Shown: positions 28,727 to 40,372 of the stretch, piece by piece
Numbering within the stretch: the first letter of the stretch is position 1
Layout of the letters: every line of letters starts with the position of its first letter
From: Octopus vulgaris
Taxonomy: Eukaryota
NCBI GenBank assembly: GCA_951406725.2
Contig: OX597821.1
Span: 94,736,001 to 94,800,000 of the forward strand
Direction of reading: 5' to 3'
DNA length: 64,000 bases
Program-made: the position numbers and the translations under genes
The notes under the pieces: model-generated
Databases searched by the model: none
Told to the model about the DNA's origin: nothing
What the model saw: the letters and a program-made list of their open reading frames with translations, nothing else

Positions 28727-29221
28727 TGTAAGTGTAAGATGTTTGTGTGTGTAACGGGTACACTGATACATATTGACAAGGTGTAGCCTAAATGTAGGCT
28801 CAGTGTGGTCGTGGATGTAGTAGAGCATCGTCTCAGATACTTGAGCAGTTCTTTAATTATGCTTAGTGATGTTTGCATATACAGTAACACTGATCCTGAT
28901 ATGAGCTAGCTTTCTCTTTGCTTGGCTGCTTCGAATCAAATTCAATAACGGTGGAATTCCAGCAATTAGAATTTGCTTGAACTTTCCATTTGCTCAAGAA
29001 ACTTTGGATATTGTTCAGTTGAACCATTTTACACGCTTCATTTTATATAAACGCTTTGTATTCAGAACAAATCATTTATAAGAATTGGTTGCACAATCTC
29101 ATTTTCAGAACAACTCGCAGTTTTCTTTAATTTCGTTCTTCCTTATCATGAAGACTCAAGTATAGATAGGAAGATGATTTCACTGCTACAGTAACAAGCA
29201 TACATATCCTTGTAGTCTTAC

Positions 29222-29527
29222 ACATCGCTTGACAACCGATGTTGATGTGTTTACGTCCCTATAACTTAGCGGTTAGGCAAAAGAGACAGAATAAGTACCA
29301 GGCTTACAAAGAATAAGTGCTGGGATCGATTCGTTCGATTAAAGGTGGTGCTCCAGCATGGCCTCGGTGGTAGTAGCAAATATTCGAACGAGACCTTCGA
29401 AGACCGAAGTGGAGAAGGGTTCCGTGCCAACGGCGGTCGAGCACGGGTCAGTCGGTCCTAAGAAGCGGGCGAAAGCTTCCACGAAAGGCGCCGGATCCGT
29501 CAAATGACTGAAACAAGTAAAAGAATA
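29222..29527 (+). mobile_element. SINE family A 3' half interrupted by an rRNA fragment
   Basis: Tail CCAGCATGGCC | GTCAAATGACTGAAACAAG is split by an insert. Confidence 0.88.
29364..29498 (+). pseudogene. 28S (LSU) rRNA fragment
   Basis: GGTGGTAGTAGCAAATATTC..GACCGAAGTGGAGAAGGGTTCC..GGGTCAGTCGGTCCTAAG matches the conserved eukaryotic LSU core preceding expansion segment D7a. Confidence 0.92.
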
Positions 29528-29807
29528 GAAGAATATATATATATATACATACACACACTAGCTCAAAAGCCTCCTATCGGGCGGCTTTTGAGCTTGCTCC
29601 TGTGGAGGGCTCTTTATTGGACCAAACAATGACATTTCATGCATTGAATACATTTATTAAACCAGACCAATATTTTTCAACCAATGAAGAATTTTCATCA
29701 AAACAATGATATAATTTGTCGGCTTGGAATTTATTGCAAAACTGCATTATAAACAATATTATTATCTTCTAATTCGGGCCCCAGTACAATATTATTTCTG
29801 TCTAACT

Positions 29808-29856
<49 letters not shown>

Positions 29857-30344
29857 TGATTTTTTCTAACCATCACTATTACCACCACAAGCCCCATTCA
29901 GACTTCTGACGCCACCGCCATCAATACCATTGACATCACCGCCTTCCCCTCCACCTCCATCACCACTGTCTTTCACACCACTTTTACCATTGTCCCTAAC
30001 TGCTTCAGCTACCAAAACCACCATCACCACCACCACCACCATCACCACCTCCACCACCACCACCACCACCATCATCAGCGTCGCATCCGCCTCTATCACA
30101 ATTGCACCTCATGCTATTACTATTACCCCAATCACCATCACAACCGTCAATTTACTCCTTTCTCTAGGCCTACTATTACTCTCACCCTAACACGAGCAAT
30201 AGCAGGAATGTCAATGAATAGTGGGAGAGGGGGGTCGAAGTGTGATGCACTGACACACAGAAATTAGTTTTTGCATTATATATATATATACACACGAACA
30301 TATATATATATATATATATACACACACGATATTTGATTTGGAAA

Positions 30345-30383
<39 letters not shown>

Positions 30384-30957
30384 GAACAAACGCACATATA
30401 AACACATATATCTGTGCACATACACTCACATTCATATGTATATATGCAGCAAAATCATGCAGGTGTACATATAAACATACGTTCATATATGCTAATATAT
30501 ACACAGACATATACGCATATACTACTACTCAAACAAATCGATACTCAAAAGAAAAGAAAAAAAGTAGCCTTAATGGTCTGAATATCTTGGACATCGGTCA
30601 GGCTAGCCTGTTTGCTTAAAAATATTAATGCACTCTTAGCAATGCGTTAATTGGTTATGTATTAATGTTGCTAGGATTGGTTAACGTATGTAAGTAACAA
30701 TGCTTGATATTTGAGTTGGAAAAACAAAATAATAACACGATGGTTAGTGACAATAATGATTAGCTTGGGGTCAGTAAGTGCAGTGAACTTCCAGTCTGCA
30801 TTCAAATATTGTTATTGTATTTTTATGTAATTACTGAAGTGTTCCTCAATTGGCGTGTAATATTGCGACATGCTCGCTATCGTTGTTAATTACCTGTAAA
30901 TAAAATAGAAAAAATCAATATACATAGGTATTTGCTTGTACGCGTGTGTGTGAGTAT

Positions 30958-30972
30958 ATGTATGTATGTATG

Positions 30973-31004
<32 letters not shown>

Positions 31005-31161
31005 TGTATGTATGTATGTATGTATGTATGTATGTATGTGTGTGTGTATGTATGTATGTATGTATGTATGTGTGTATGTATGTATGTATGTATGTATGTA
31101 TGTATGTATGTATGTATGTATGTATGTATGTATGTATGTATGTATGTATGTATGTATGTAT
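30958..31161. repeat. (TATG)n microsatellite
   Basis: Directly visible. Confidence 0.97.
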
Positions 31162-31530
31162 GAGTGGCTGTGTGGTAAGTAGCTTGCTAACCAACCACAT
31201 GGTTCCGGGTTCAGTCCCACTGCGTGGCATCTTGGGCAAGTGTCTTCTGCTATAGCCTCGGGCCGACCAAAGCCTTGTGAGTGGATTTGGTAGACGGAAA
31301 CTGAAAGAAGCCTGTCGTATATATGTATATATATATAAGTGTGTGTGTATATGTTTGTGTGTCTGTGTTTGTCCCCGTTACTTAGCGGTTCGGCAAAAGA
31401 GACCGATAGAATAAGTACTGGGCTTACAAAGAATAAGTCCCGGGGTTGATTTGCTCGACTAAAGGTGGTGCTCCAGCATGGCCGCAGTCAAATGACTGAA
31501 ACAAGTAAAAGAGTAAAAGAGTAAAAGAGT
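31162..31530 (+). mobile_element. SINE family A with internal deletion
   Basis: Matches the consensus; ~40 bp missing between two GTCCCC motifs. Confidence 0.9.
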
Positions 31531-31721
31531 ATGTGTGTATGTATGTATGTAAACAACACATACATACACACACACGCTCACACATACACATTTATATATA
31601 TTCTCTTATTCCTTTATTCTTTTACTTGTTTCAGTCATTTGACTGCGGCCATGCGAGGAGACGCAAAACCAGTCTCAACCCTCCTGTACTTGAACCAGTG
31701 GAACATTCAGGGAATGACAGC

Positions 31722-31780
<59 letters not shown>

Positions 31781-32492
31781 TAAGACTGACAGACAGACAG
31801 ACATACAGAGCTACTCCAGCATTTAGTTCGTTCTCGTTTTTAAGATGAGCGTACGTGAGCAACATGAAATATAAAGTACCTTGCTCCTGGATATAATATA
31901 TGCGTGTGTGTGTGTGTGTGTGTGTGTGTATGCGCGCGCGTGTTTGTGTGTGCCTGTGTGTCTTATGTATGTGCCTGTTTGTCTCTGAGTGTAAACAGAA
32001 TTTTGCAATAGATTTGTAAACTAAATTTAGGAATATTTCTACATATGAGCTGTAAGATCTCAAGAGTATAAATTCTTTTGGAGATTATTTACGGCTGATT
32101 ATTTCAACCTTTACATTAATTCTTCATTAAATATTTTCTTCTCATCTCTTCTGAAGCACAAACACAGAATTGTGTTCGTAAATTCCCACAGGGTCTTTCT
32201 TACTATGAATGACGGAATTCTATTGTTTAAATTCGTTATCACGTCATCAGGGGATACAAAAGAAATGACGAGAAACGAGTTTATTGTTATCTTACAGCAT
32301 CCCTGCCAGTCATCCGTTTATATAAGGATATCATTAAAAATAGACAATGTGATACGTTAACTAAATTACAAAAGATTGAAACAACTTCATGTCAAAACTT
32401 AAGAAAATTACATTTCGAATGTATCTTTATCACTATTAAAGAATATTGTATTATTCTTTCAATACTAATGACATTATATATATATATATATA

Positions 32493-32803
32493 TGGAATTG
32501 TCTCAGTATGCTGTCAACACAGCTGGTGTTGACTGCGACTCCAAGCTCCTCTTGAACACGGGATTTGATGTCTTTGAGGCGTAGTAAGCAATTAGCATCT
32601 ACCCATGACAAGATGATCTCTTTCTGTTCATGTGTAAGAATAGATCTCTTGTCTCCGCCTCTTTTTCAGGCAGCAGAAGAACCAGTCTCGTCGAAACGTT
32701 TGATCATGTTCCAAACAGTGGTGTATTTAAGGGAAAATGATCGCGCGATATCCTTTGCAGCCATTCCGGAGCGTGATTTTTCGCAAATTCTTCTTCGGAC
32801 CAT
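32493..32803 (-). pseudogene. IS630/Tc1-superfamily transposase N-terminal HTH fragment
   Basis: MVRRRICEKSRSGMAAKDIARSFSLKYTTVWNMIKRFDETGSSAA*KRGGDKRSILTHEQKEIILSWVDANCLLRLKDIKSRVQEELGVAVNTSCVDSILRQFH; one stop; ends at (TA)n. Confidence 0.75.
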
Positions 32804-33687
32804 CAGCTTTGAATACAAATTTTATAATGAATGGGCCGATACACATGCACGCGTTGTAACTTCATCCCTCCCCTCCCCCAAAATTGCATAAAATTGCTTT
32901 AAAGCGCGGGTTTATGCTACATCCTCCCGTTCCCCGTGGTATGTCTTTTAACTAGACTGCCTATTGTACATGGCATGCACGTGTCTTAGATGACACGTGG
33001 ACGCATTCAGGCAGGTCGTTATATCAGGATTAGTATGAGCTCATTTTTTCCTTTATGCCTACGTATGGTGAATTGCTATTAGTAATAGTATTATGCAAAA
33101 GTAACTATGCTATTCGAGCTTTCTATTCGAACTTTACCCAAGAGCGACCTTAAAAGAACCAGTCCGCTCGCTTTGAGGAGCAGCAATTTGAATAATTTTT
33201 AACAAAAATGTGACTTCATAAATCGGTTGTAAAGAGCAAAGAGCTTACTATTCGAGTTTATCCAACTCGAGTTTGTTGTCCCAAGCTCGGGGTAAGATCG
33301 AAGTTCGAGTGACACTGGGCTCTACTGCAGGCGTTAAATAAGATAGACATGTATTCCCTTATGGCTAATGTAGTTTCACTCTCTTTTTTTTTTTTTTTGT
33401 CAAGGCTCACGCTCCAATTTCGAGAAACTAGCTCGAATCGATTTGTGGTCATCGAATATTCTTTCGAGGTGAAAACTCCTACTTTCTACCGTTTGCAACA
33501 CTTCAGCGCATGCCTGTTGACCGTTTTCTGCGTTTTAGCTTGTCCCTTTGAAAAATTCAAATTTGATTGCAAAGAATTCAAATTTGATGGCAAAGAATCC
33601 AAACTAGATCGAAAACATATATATATATATGCGATGGTTTTTGAGAATCAGCGTCGATTTTTACAATTCTATAAATAATAATAATAG

Positions 33688-33863
33688 TATTTTATAAGCT
33701 TTAAAGCTTATAAGCGATTACCGCGCTTATAGTCTAAATAATGGGGCATACAAGCCCTCGACGGAAAACCTACTTTTTTCTGTCGAGGGTTTATATGTCC
33801 CATTATTAGAGCACTTTCTTTAGTCATTGTACGGTGACTGCTTCAAAGCTTTGAAACATATAA

Positions 33864-33867
<4 letters not shown>
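33688..33867. repeat. Degenerate foldback (palindromic) element
   Basis: Inner ~34-bp stem at 33734-33809 plus outer inverted arms. Confidence 0.7.
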
Positions 33868-33906
<39 letters not shown>

Positions 33907-33910
<4 letters not shown>

Positions 33911-34090
33911 ATCCAAACAAGAAAACACAGAAAAAAAACACAGCAACGCGAGGACGTGGAACAATTAAAGTATTATTTGACGCTCAGGAAAGATGGGAAG
34001 GAGGGTTTTTAAAGTTTCGAGCGGAGCTCTTCGTCGGAAACAAAGGAGAAGGAAAGATCCCGAGAAGGGAAGACAGAGGAAAAAAATATT
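33907..34090 (-). mobile_element. Penelope-like LTR-type repeat with hammerhead-like motif
   Basis: Minus strand GTTT-CCGACGA-A-GAGC-TCC-GCTC-GAAA-CTTTA-AAAAC; abuts (TA)n. Confidence 0.65.
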
Positions 34091-35092
34091 TTTGCTGGTG
34101 GTGCTCAAGAGATCACGACCAAATCATATGGAACCACTTTTGGTTTGTTAATTCTATCACATAGGTGAGACAGCGTAAAACGCACGCTCTTAAACAACGG
34201 ACTGAGTGAGTGAGTGACAACAGAAGAATTAAAACGAGGGTGTGTAGAATAATGAGGTGTTCAGGACACTGTTCGGTGGCAGGCTAACGCTTAAGACAAC
34301 TAATGAGTTGATAAGAAATTTGCATAGACTCCAAAGTCATTAGGTGTATTGTAGAGTTCAGCTAAATAATCTGTCGCTTGATTTGAAATATACGCATTGA
34401 AGATTCTGAAGGTCAAATTACGTTATGGAATGAAGTATACTTAGAAAGAATGGTAATTACTTAATTACTATGGGAAAAAGTTGTTATATTATAATTTATA
34501 TTTGTATCATAATTATTTTTCTTTTTTCCATGCTCAAATGGTTTACCATGAACATTTGCCATCCCGCCAAAGAAAAATGGACACTTTGACGCATGTAACA
34601 GGGGCAGCTGGCATAATTAATTATACTTGTTGGTATATCTATGTACAGTATGTATTGCATTATGCTTGTAACGAAGGCTTATATACGGCTCTGGGTCGGA
34701 ATGTGGACAATCGATCCTTTTCAGATAAAGATTTTCAGAGCTAAACTGGAGTACGTAACCGGTGGAAAATTCAAACGTACAACAGCGCTGAAATAAACAT
34801 CGTTATTTTTACATGCACAGTCCTACTATGCGTGTATGTATGTAAACATGTACACATGAATGTATGCATACATGTATGCTTGTGTGTGTATGTATGAATG
34901 AATGAATGTATGTATGCTGGACGACTAACCGCTTTTTTAAAGCTCAATAATAACATATTACACACCTAGAAAACTATATCTGGTAATGCATTATAATAAT
35001 GTGCGCGTGTGTGTGTATGTGTGTGTGTGAGTGCGTGTGTGTATGCATAAATACTTTCCTTTGCATCAAGTTCTAACGTATAGGTTACACAT

Positions 35093-35130
<38 letters not shown>

Positions 35131-35166
35131 AAACGACAACACAAAAAATATATATGCATGTATGTA

Positions 35167-35280
<114 letters not shown>

Positions 35281-35407
35281 TACAGATACAAATACACATA
35301 TATTATACACGTATTATGCAGATAAATATCTGTATTTTTCTATCCACTTTATTTCTCTTTTTTCATTCTTCTCTCCCTCTCTCTCTTTATATATATATAC
35401 ACACACA

Positions 35408-35465
<58 letters not shown>

Positions 35466-35863
35466 CAGGGTTTGGACAAAATAATGGAAACACCTTAAAA
35501 TTTCAAATTTATTTTAATATGGGTTAGGACCGCCTTCGGCAGTAATTACAGCTTGAATTCTATGAGGTATGGACTCGTATGAATTGTTTCCAAAAATTGT
35601 TCTTGTAGTGATGATGGTGGAGGATATCGACTCCTTACTTGTTTTTCTAAAATATACCACATATGTTCTATAATATTAAGATCTGGGTGCTGTGGTGGCC
35701 AGGTAAGATGTTCAACTTCACTAGAATGTTCTCCGTGCCATTCAGTAACAACTTTAGCGGCGTGAATTGGTACATTATCATCCTGACAGATTGCGTTTCC
35801 TTCCGGAAACAGTTCCGCAACCATAGGATGAATTTGCTCAGATAAAATACTTAAATAGCCTTG
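35466..35863 (-). mobile_element. Tc1 DNA transposon 3' fragment (DDE C-terminal half plus TIR)
   Basis: QDDNVPIH..WPPQHPDLNIIEHMW motifs; terminus TA|CAGGGTTTGGACAAAATAATGGAAACAC. Confidence 0.9.
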
Positions 35864-36439
35864 CAAAAGTTCGTAGACAATGCAGGGTCTGTACGTCGAG
35901 ACGAAAGCGTGCGTGTGCCGAAAAGGTTGCATGTGCGGGCTTCCGTATTTTCTTACAGTTGGTTTATGGGGATGTAGTTTTCGAAATGATACGTTTATTG
36001 GCTTCCATAGAGAGCAAATTCTTTGTGCGTCGGCAGTGTTGTGAAGTGCATCGTAGATCGCATCGCAGTATAGTGCTTTCTGTTACGCGTACTGTAACAA
36101 GTGGAATGAGGGTGCATCTTGATGGTAACAAAGGTTGTCATTCTTTTCCTCTGGTTTAGCGACTGTTGATACGAAGACTGTAGTTCTGAAGTTCGAAGTC
36201 AGCAAAATGCAGCAGTATGTAAGCATTAGAAAGTAGCAATTGTTTTTAGACAGGGTCACCTGTGTAATCGATCAATGTAACAACTGTTCGTGCGAAGGTG
36301 AAGGCGGAGGCTGCAATTCTTTAACTCGGGGTCACCAATGTAATCAATGCCTGTTATGGTGGAACGTCAGGTAGGCTAGTGTAATAGTATAACACAGTTC
36401 GTAAAGCATGCAAGGTAAAGAAAGTTAATTTCGGCCTGT

Positions 36440-36784
36440 ATGTGTGTATACATTTCTCATCAAGTGACCACGTGATCACGTGACCGACCAGACCATCAGA
36501 TCGTTACACATCGCTGGTCACAATGCGTCCGCATTGTTTTAGCCTTCGAATGACGCCACCCCGCTAGCTAAGCGAGCAGGCCAACAGAAGAAAGAGTGGG
36601 AGAAAGAGTGGTGAAAGAGTACAGCAGGGATCACCACCCCCTGCCGGAGGAGGTGATCCCTGCATCGTGGAGCTTTTAGGCGTTTTCGCTCAATAAACAC
36701 ACACAACGCCCGGTCTGGGAATCGAAACCGCGATCCTGCGACCGCGAGTCCGCTGCCTTAACCACTAGGCCATTGCGCTTCCAC
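36440..36784 (-). mobile_element. SINE family C with alternative tail
   Basis: Head matches the 10211 and 50195 copies; 3' part differs. Confidence 0.85.
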
Positions 36785-37696
36785 ATTTCTCATAGAAGCA
36801 TATATAGAGATATATGGTATTGTTACAGAGAAAAGAAAGTGAGTTAGTGAAAGCGAGAGTGGTAGGACGAAACAACTGCTTCGTTGTTGAGTTACCACAG
36901 TTGTCCCTTTGTACCTTTTCCTTTAGTGACGGCGTTTTGTTTAGCCGGTCAGCCAGACTCGGTTCTCACTAACTGACTTTTGGTTTGCGGAGTTCTTGTT
37001 TTTATAACTATCCAAAACCAGCCAGAAGGATAGACATATTGTTGGGAACAACTGATTTCGTTGGCAGTCTGTTATCTCTATTCTAGCTTTTGGTGGCCTA
37101 GAAGAGGTTTGAAGGGTCAAGTGGCGATGACATTATTCCGGCTTAGCGAAGGCATCTGGCAAATGTGACTGCTGTCACTCACAGAAAAACTACTGTTTTA
37201 CGCGAGAAAAGTGTTGAACTGTTAAGTGAAATTTGGCTAATCCTAGGTTCGATTTGTTCGACAAAAAAAAAAAAAAACGTCAATGTGATGCCCCATCATG
37301 GCCGCAGTCAAATGACAAACAAATAATAGATAAAGATAAACCCTTCAAGACGGTGCTCCAGCAAGGTCACAATCCAATGACTGAAGTATCCAAAAGGCAG
37401 CTAACTAAAGAGATAGCAAAATAACCCCACCAAAATACACATTTATGAAGGTAAACAATGCTAATTCGCAAACTACTTTGCTACCTAGCTTGCAATCCAC
37501 ACTAACTAGATAGGCAGGTAGGCAGTTAGCGAGATAACTACTCATTTTAAACTCATTTTTAGTTGTCGACCCTGTTCAAAATGTGCTGTTTACCTCATTT
37601 AATTCTCTCGCTTCCCACCTGTCACTTCTCCACCTGTACTACCCACCTTCTACTGCTCCCAGTGCTTCCCCGTCTCATATGCATGTAACACTTCTC

Positions 37697-38100
37697 TATG
37701 TATGTATGTATGTATGTATGTATGTATGTATGTATGGATGGATGGATGTATGTATGTATGTATGTATGCATGTATTTATGTATGTATGTATGTATGTATG
37801 TATGTATGTATGTATTTATGTATGTATGTATGTATGCATGTGTGTATTTATGTATGTATGTATGTATGTATGTATGTATTTATGTATGTATGTATGTATG
37901 TATGTATGTATTTATGTATGTATGTGTGTATTTATGTATGTATGTGTGTATTTATGTATGTATGTATGTATGTATGTATTTATGTATGTATGTATGTATG
38001 CATGTATTTATGTATGTATGTATGTATGTATGTATGCATGTATTTATGTATGTATGTATGTATGTATGTATTATGTATGTATGTATGTATGTATGTATTA
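37697..38100. repeat. (TATG)n/(TATT) microsatellite
   Basis: Directly visible. Confidence 0.97.
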
Positions 38101-38931
38101 TGCTTGTTATTGGTCTGTCTTTCTGTCTATCAGTGTTCTATCTATCTAGTTAGCTAGCTAGTTAGCTATTTGGCTAGCTAGCTGATTATCTGTCTGTCTG
38201 TATGTCTGCTTATCTTCCTGGGCGTCTGTTTGCTTGCAAGCATGTGTGTGTGTGAAGACCCTAGCCCTAACCCTAACCCTAATCTGTCGATCTATTTCTG
38301 TGTCTCTCAGTCTCTGTCTGTCTCTCTCTCTCTCTACCTCTCTCCCTGTCGTTCTCTCGGTCTATTTCCCCCACCCACCCCACTTTTTCTATGTTTTCAT
38401 GACCTTACTCACACCCCGATACCCAGGCCTCCGTAATTAACACATGCCCAAATGACAGTATTTACCATCATTAGGTGTTGAACTACAAAGAAAACAACCG
38501 ACAGGCATAGAGGCGTCCATACATAATACACTAATACACAAACACACTACCTCTGTCATATACGCATGCACAAATGCATATGCATATATGTACACACATT
38601 CCCTCATAGATGTATACGCACACGCATATACAGACATTAGCATGTAATTATATATGCACTCGCATGTATATTTGCCTAAACATATATGCATGCACACGAT
38701 GCAGCCAACGTATGTGTACACTCATACACAGATGCAGATACACACACGTATACACACACGCACACACATATACTTATGCATATATATACATATATATATA
38801 TATATATAAATAAATATATATTCTTATATTCTTTTATTCTTTTATTCTTCTATTTGTGCTTGTCATTTGACTGCGGCCATGCTTGAGCATCGCCTTTTAG
38901 TTATATAATAATAATAAGAAGAATAAGAAGA

Positions 38932-38982
<51 letters not shown>

Positions 38983-38984
<2 letters not shown>

Positions 38985-39110
38985 GCAGACGCAGAACACT
39001 TTCCATACAATAACCATCAGAGCATCACAACAAATCACAGCACATACCTAAGGCACACATAACTGCGCTCGGTAGTGAAGTGAAAGCACGCTATAAAAAT
39101 AAAACTACTG
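38983..39110 (+). mobile_element. 3' end of an RLE-type (R4/Dong-like) non-LTR retrotransposon in (AAT)n
   Basis: Encodes RRTLSIQ* (like the GTAHILRR.LS C-terminus), short 3' UTR, (AAT)n on both sides. Confidence 0.65.
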
Positions 39111-39277
39111 AATAATAATAATAATATGAGGGAATATTATTCCAAACTTACAGGAAAGTATTCAATTTAGAAATACTAAATCAATTGTTATATGTTTTAT
39201 CTTATATTTAATCTTCCTATAGATGGTATAATTTAATTTTTCATAATTGAATTGATAAAAGGTGGTTTTATTCTTAT

Positions 39278-39419
<142 letters not shown>

Positions 39420-39954
39420 CATACATATAAAGACATACACACAGATACAGACACTCACATATACACCCATAGACATATACGCGCGCGTGCAGGAAATTCA
39501 ATCGCATACAGACACATTTACATGCCCGCTCATGCACACTCACACACACACACACACACACGCACACACACACACACAGAGACACACACACACACACACA
39601 TTCACAAAGGCACACATTCACGTACGCACACAGACGCACACATACACTTCAACAAACACAAAGCTATGCACAAACACTTAAATATGCATACACATTGAAA
39701 CAGACATAATACTGCAACGGAGAGCATTGTTACTAACAATAGACCTTCTGCGGTTACTGCTGCTGCTACTACTGCTACTACTGCTATTTAATAATGAAGT
39801 TAATTACCATATAAAGAAGGTTACACAGGCAATGCGATCCTTTTAATGTTGTGATTATTTGTACATGTGTGTATTTAAAACAAAAAGGATCCCCGATTTA
39901 TTATGTAACAAACTTATATTAACTAGGAAAACTTCATTAAATTAATATTAATTA

Positions 39955-40372
39955 GGCGCATGGGTGGCTGTGTGGTAAGTAGCTTGCTTACCAACCACAT
40001 GATTCCGGGTTCAGTCCCACTGCGTGGCACCTTGGGCAAGCGTCTTCTACTATAGCTTCGGGCCGGCCAAAACTTTGTGATTGGATTTGGTAGACGGAAA
40101 CTGAAAGAAGCCCGTCGTATATATGTATATATATGTATGCGTGTGTTTGTGTGTTTGTGTGTTTGTGTTTGTCCGCCGCCCCCCTCCAACATCGCTTGAC
40201 AACCGATGCTGGTGTGTTTACGTCCCCATAACTTAGCGGTTCGGCAAAAGACACCGATAGAATAAGTACTGGGCTTACAAGAGAATAAATCCCGGGGTCG
40301 AATTGCTCGACTAAAGGCAGTGCTCCAGCATGGTCACAGTCAAATGACTTAAACAAGTAATAGAGAATAAAA
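39955..40372 (+). mobile_element. SINE family A, full length
   Basis: Matches the family A consensus. Confidence 0.92.

Noticed and set aside
28905-29210. Possible hAT transposase C-terminal remnant on the minus strand
   Set aside because: Only vague similarity across multiple frameshifts
35870-36400. Possible Gypsy pol linker remnants (IDY..DPEL; IYDALHN)
   Set aside because: Motifs are too short and discontinuous to support without a search
38259-38283. (CCCTAA)n telomere-like repeat
   Set aside because: Only about 3-4 imperfect units; too short to call an interstitial telomere
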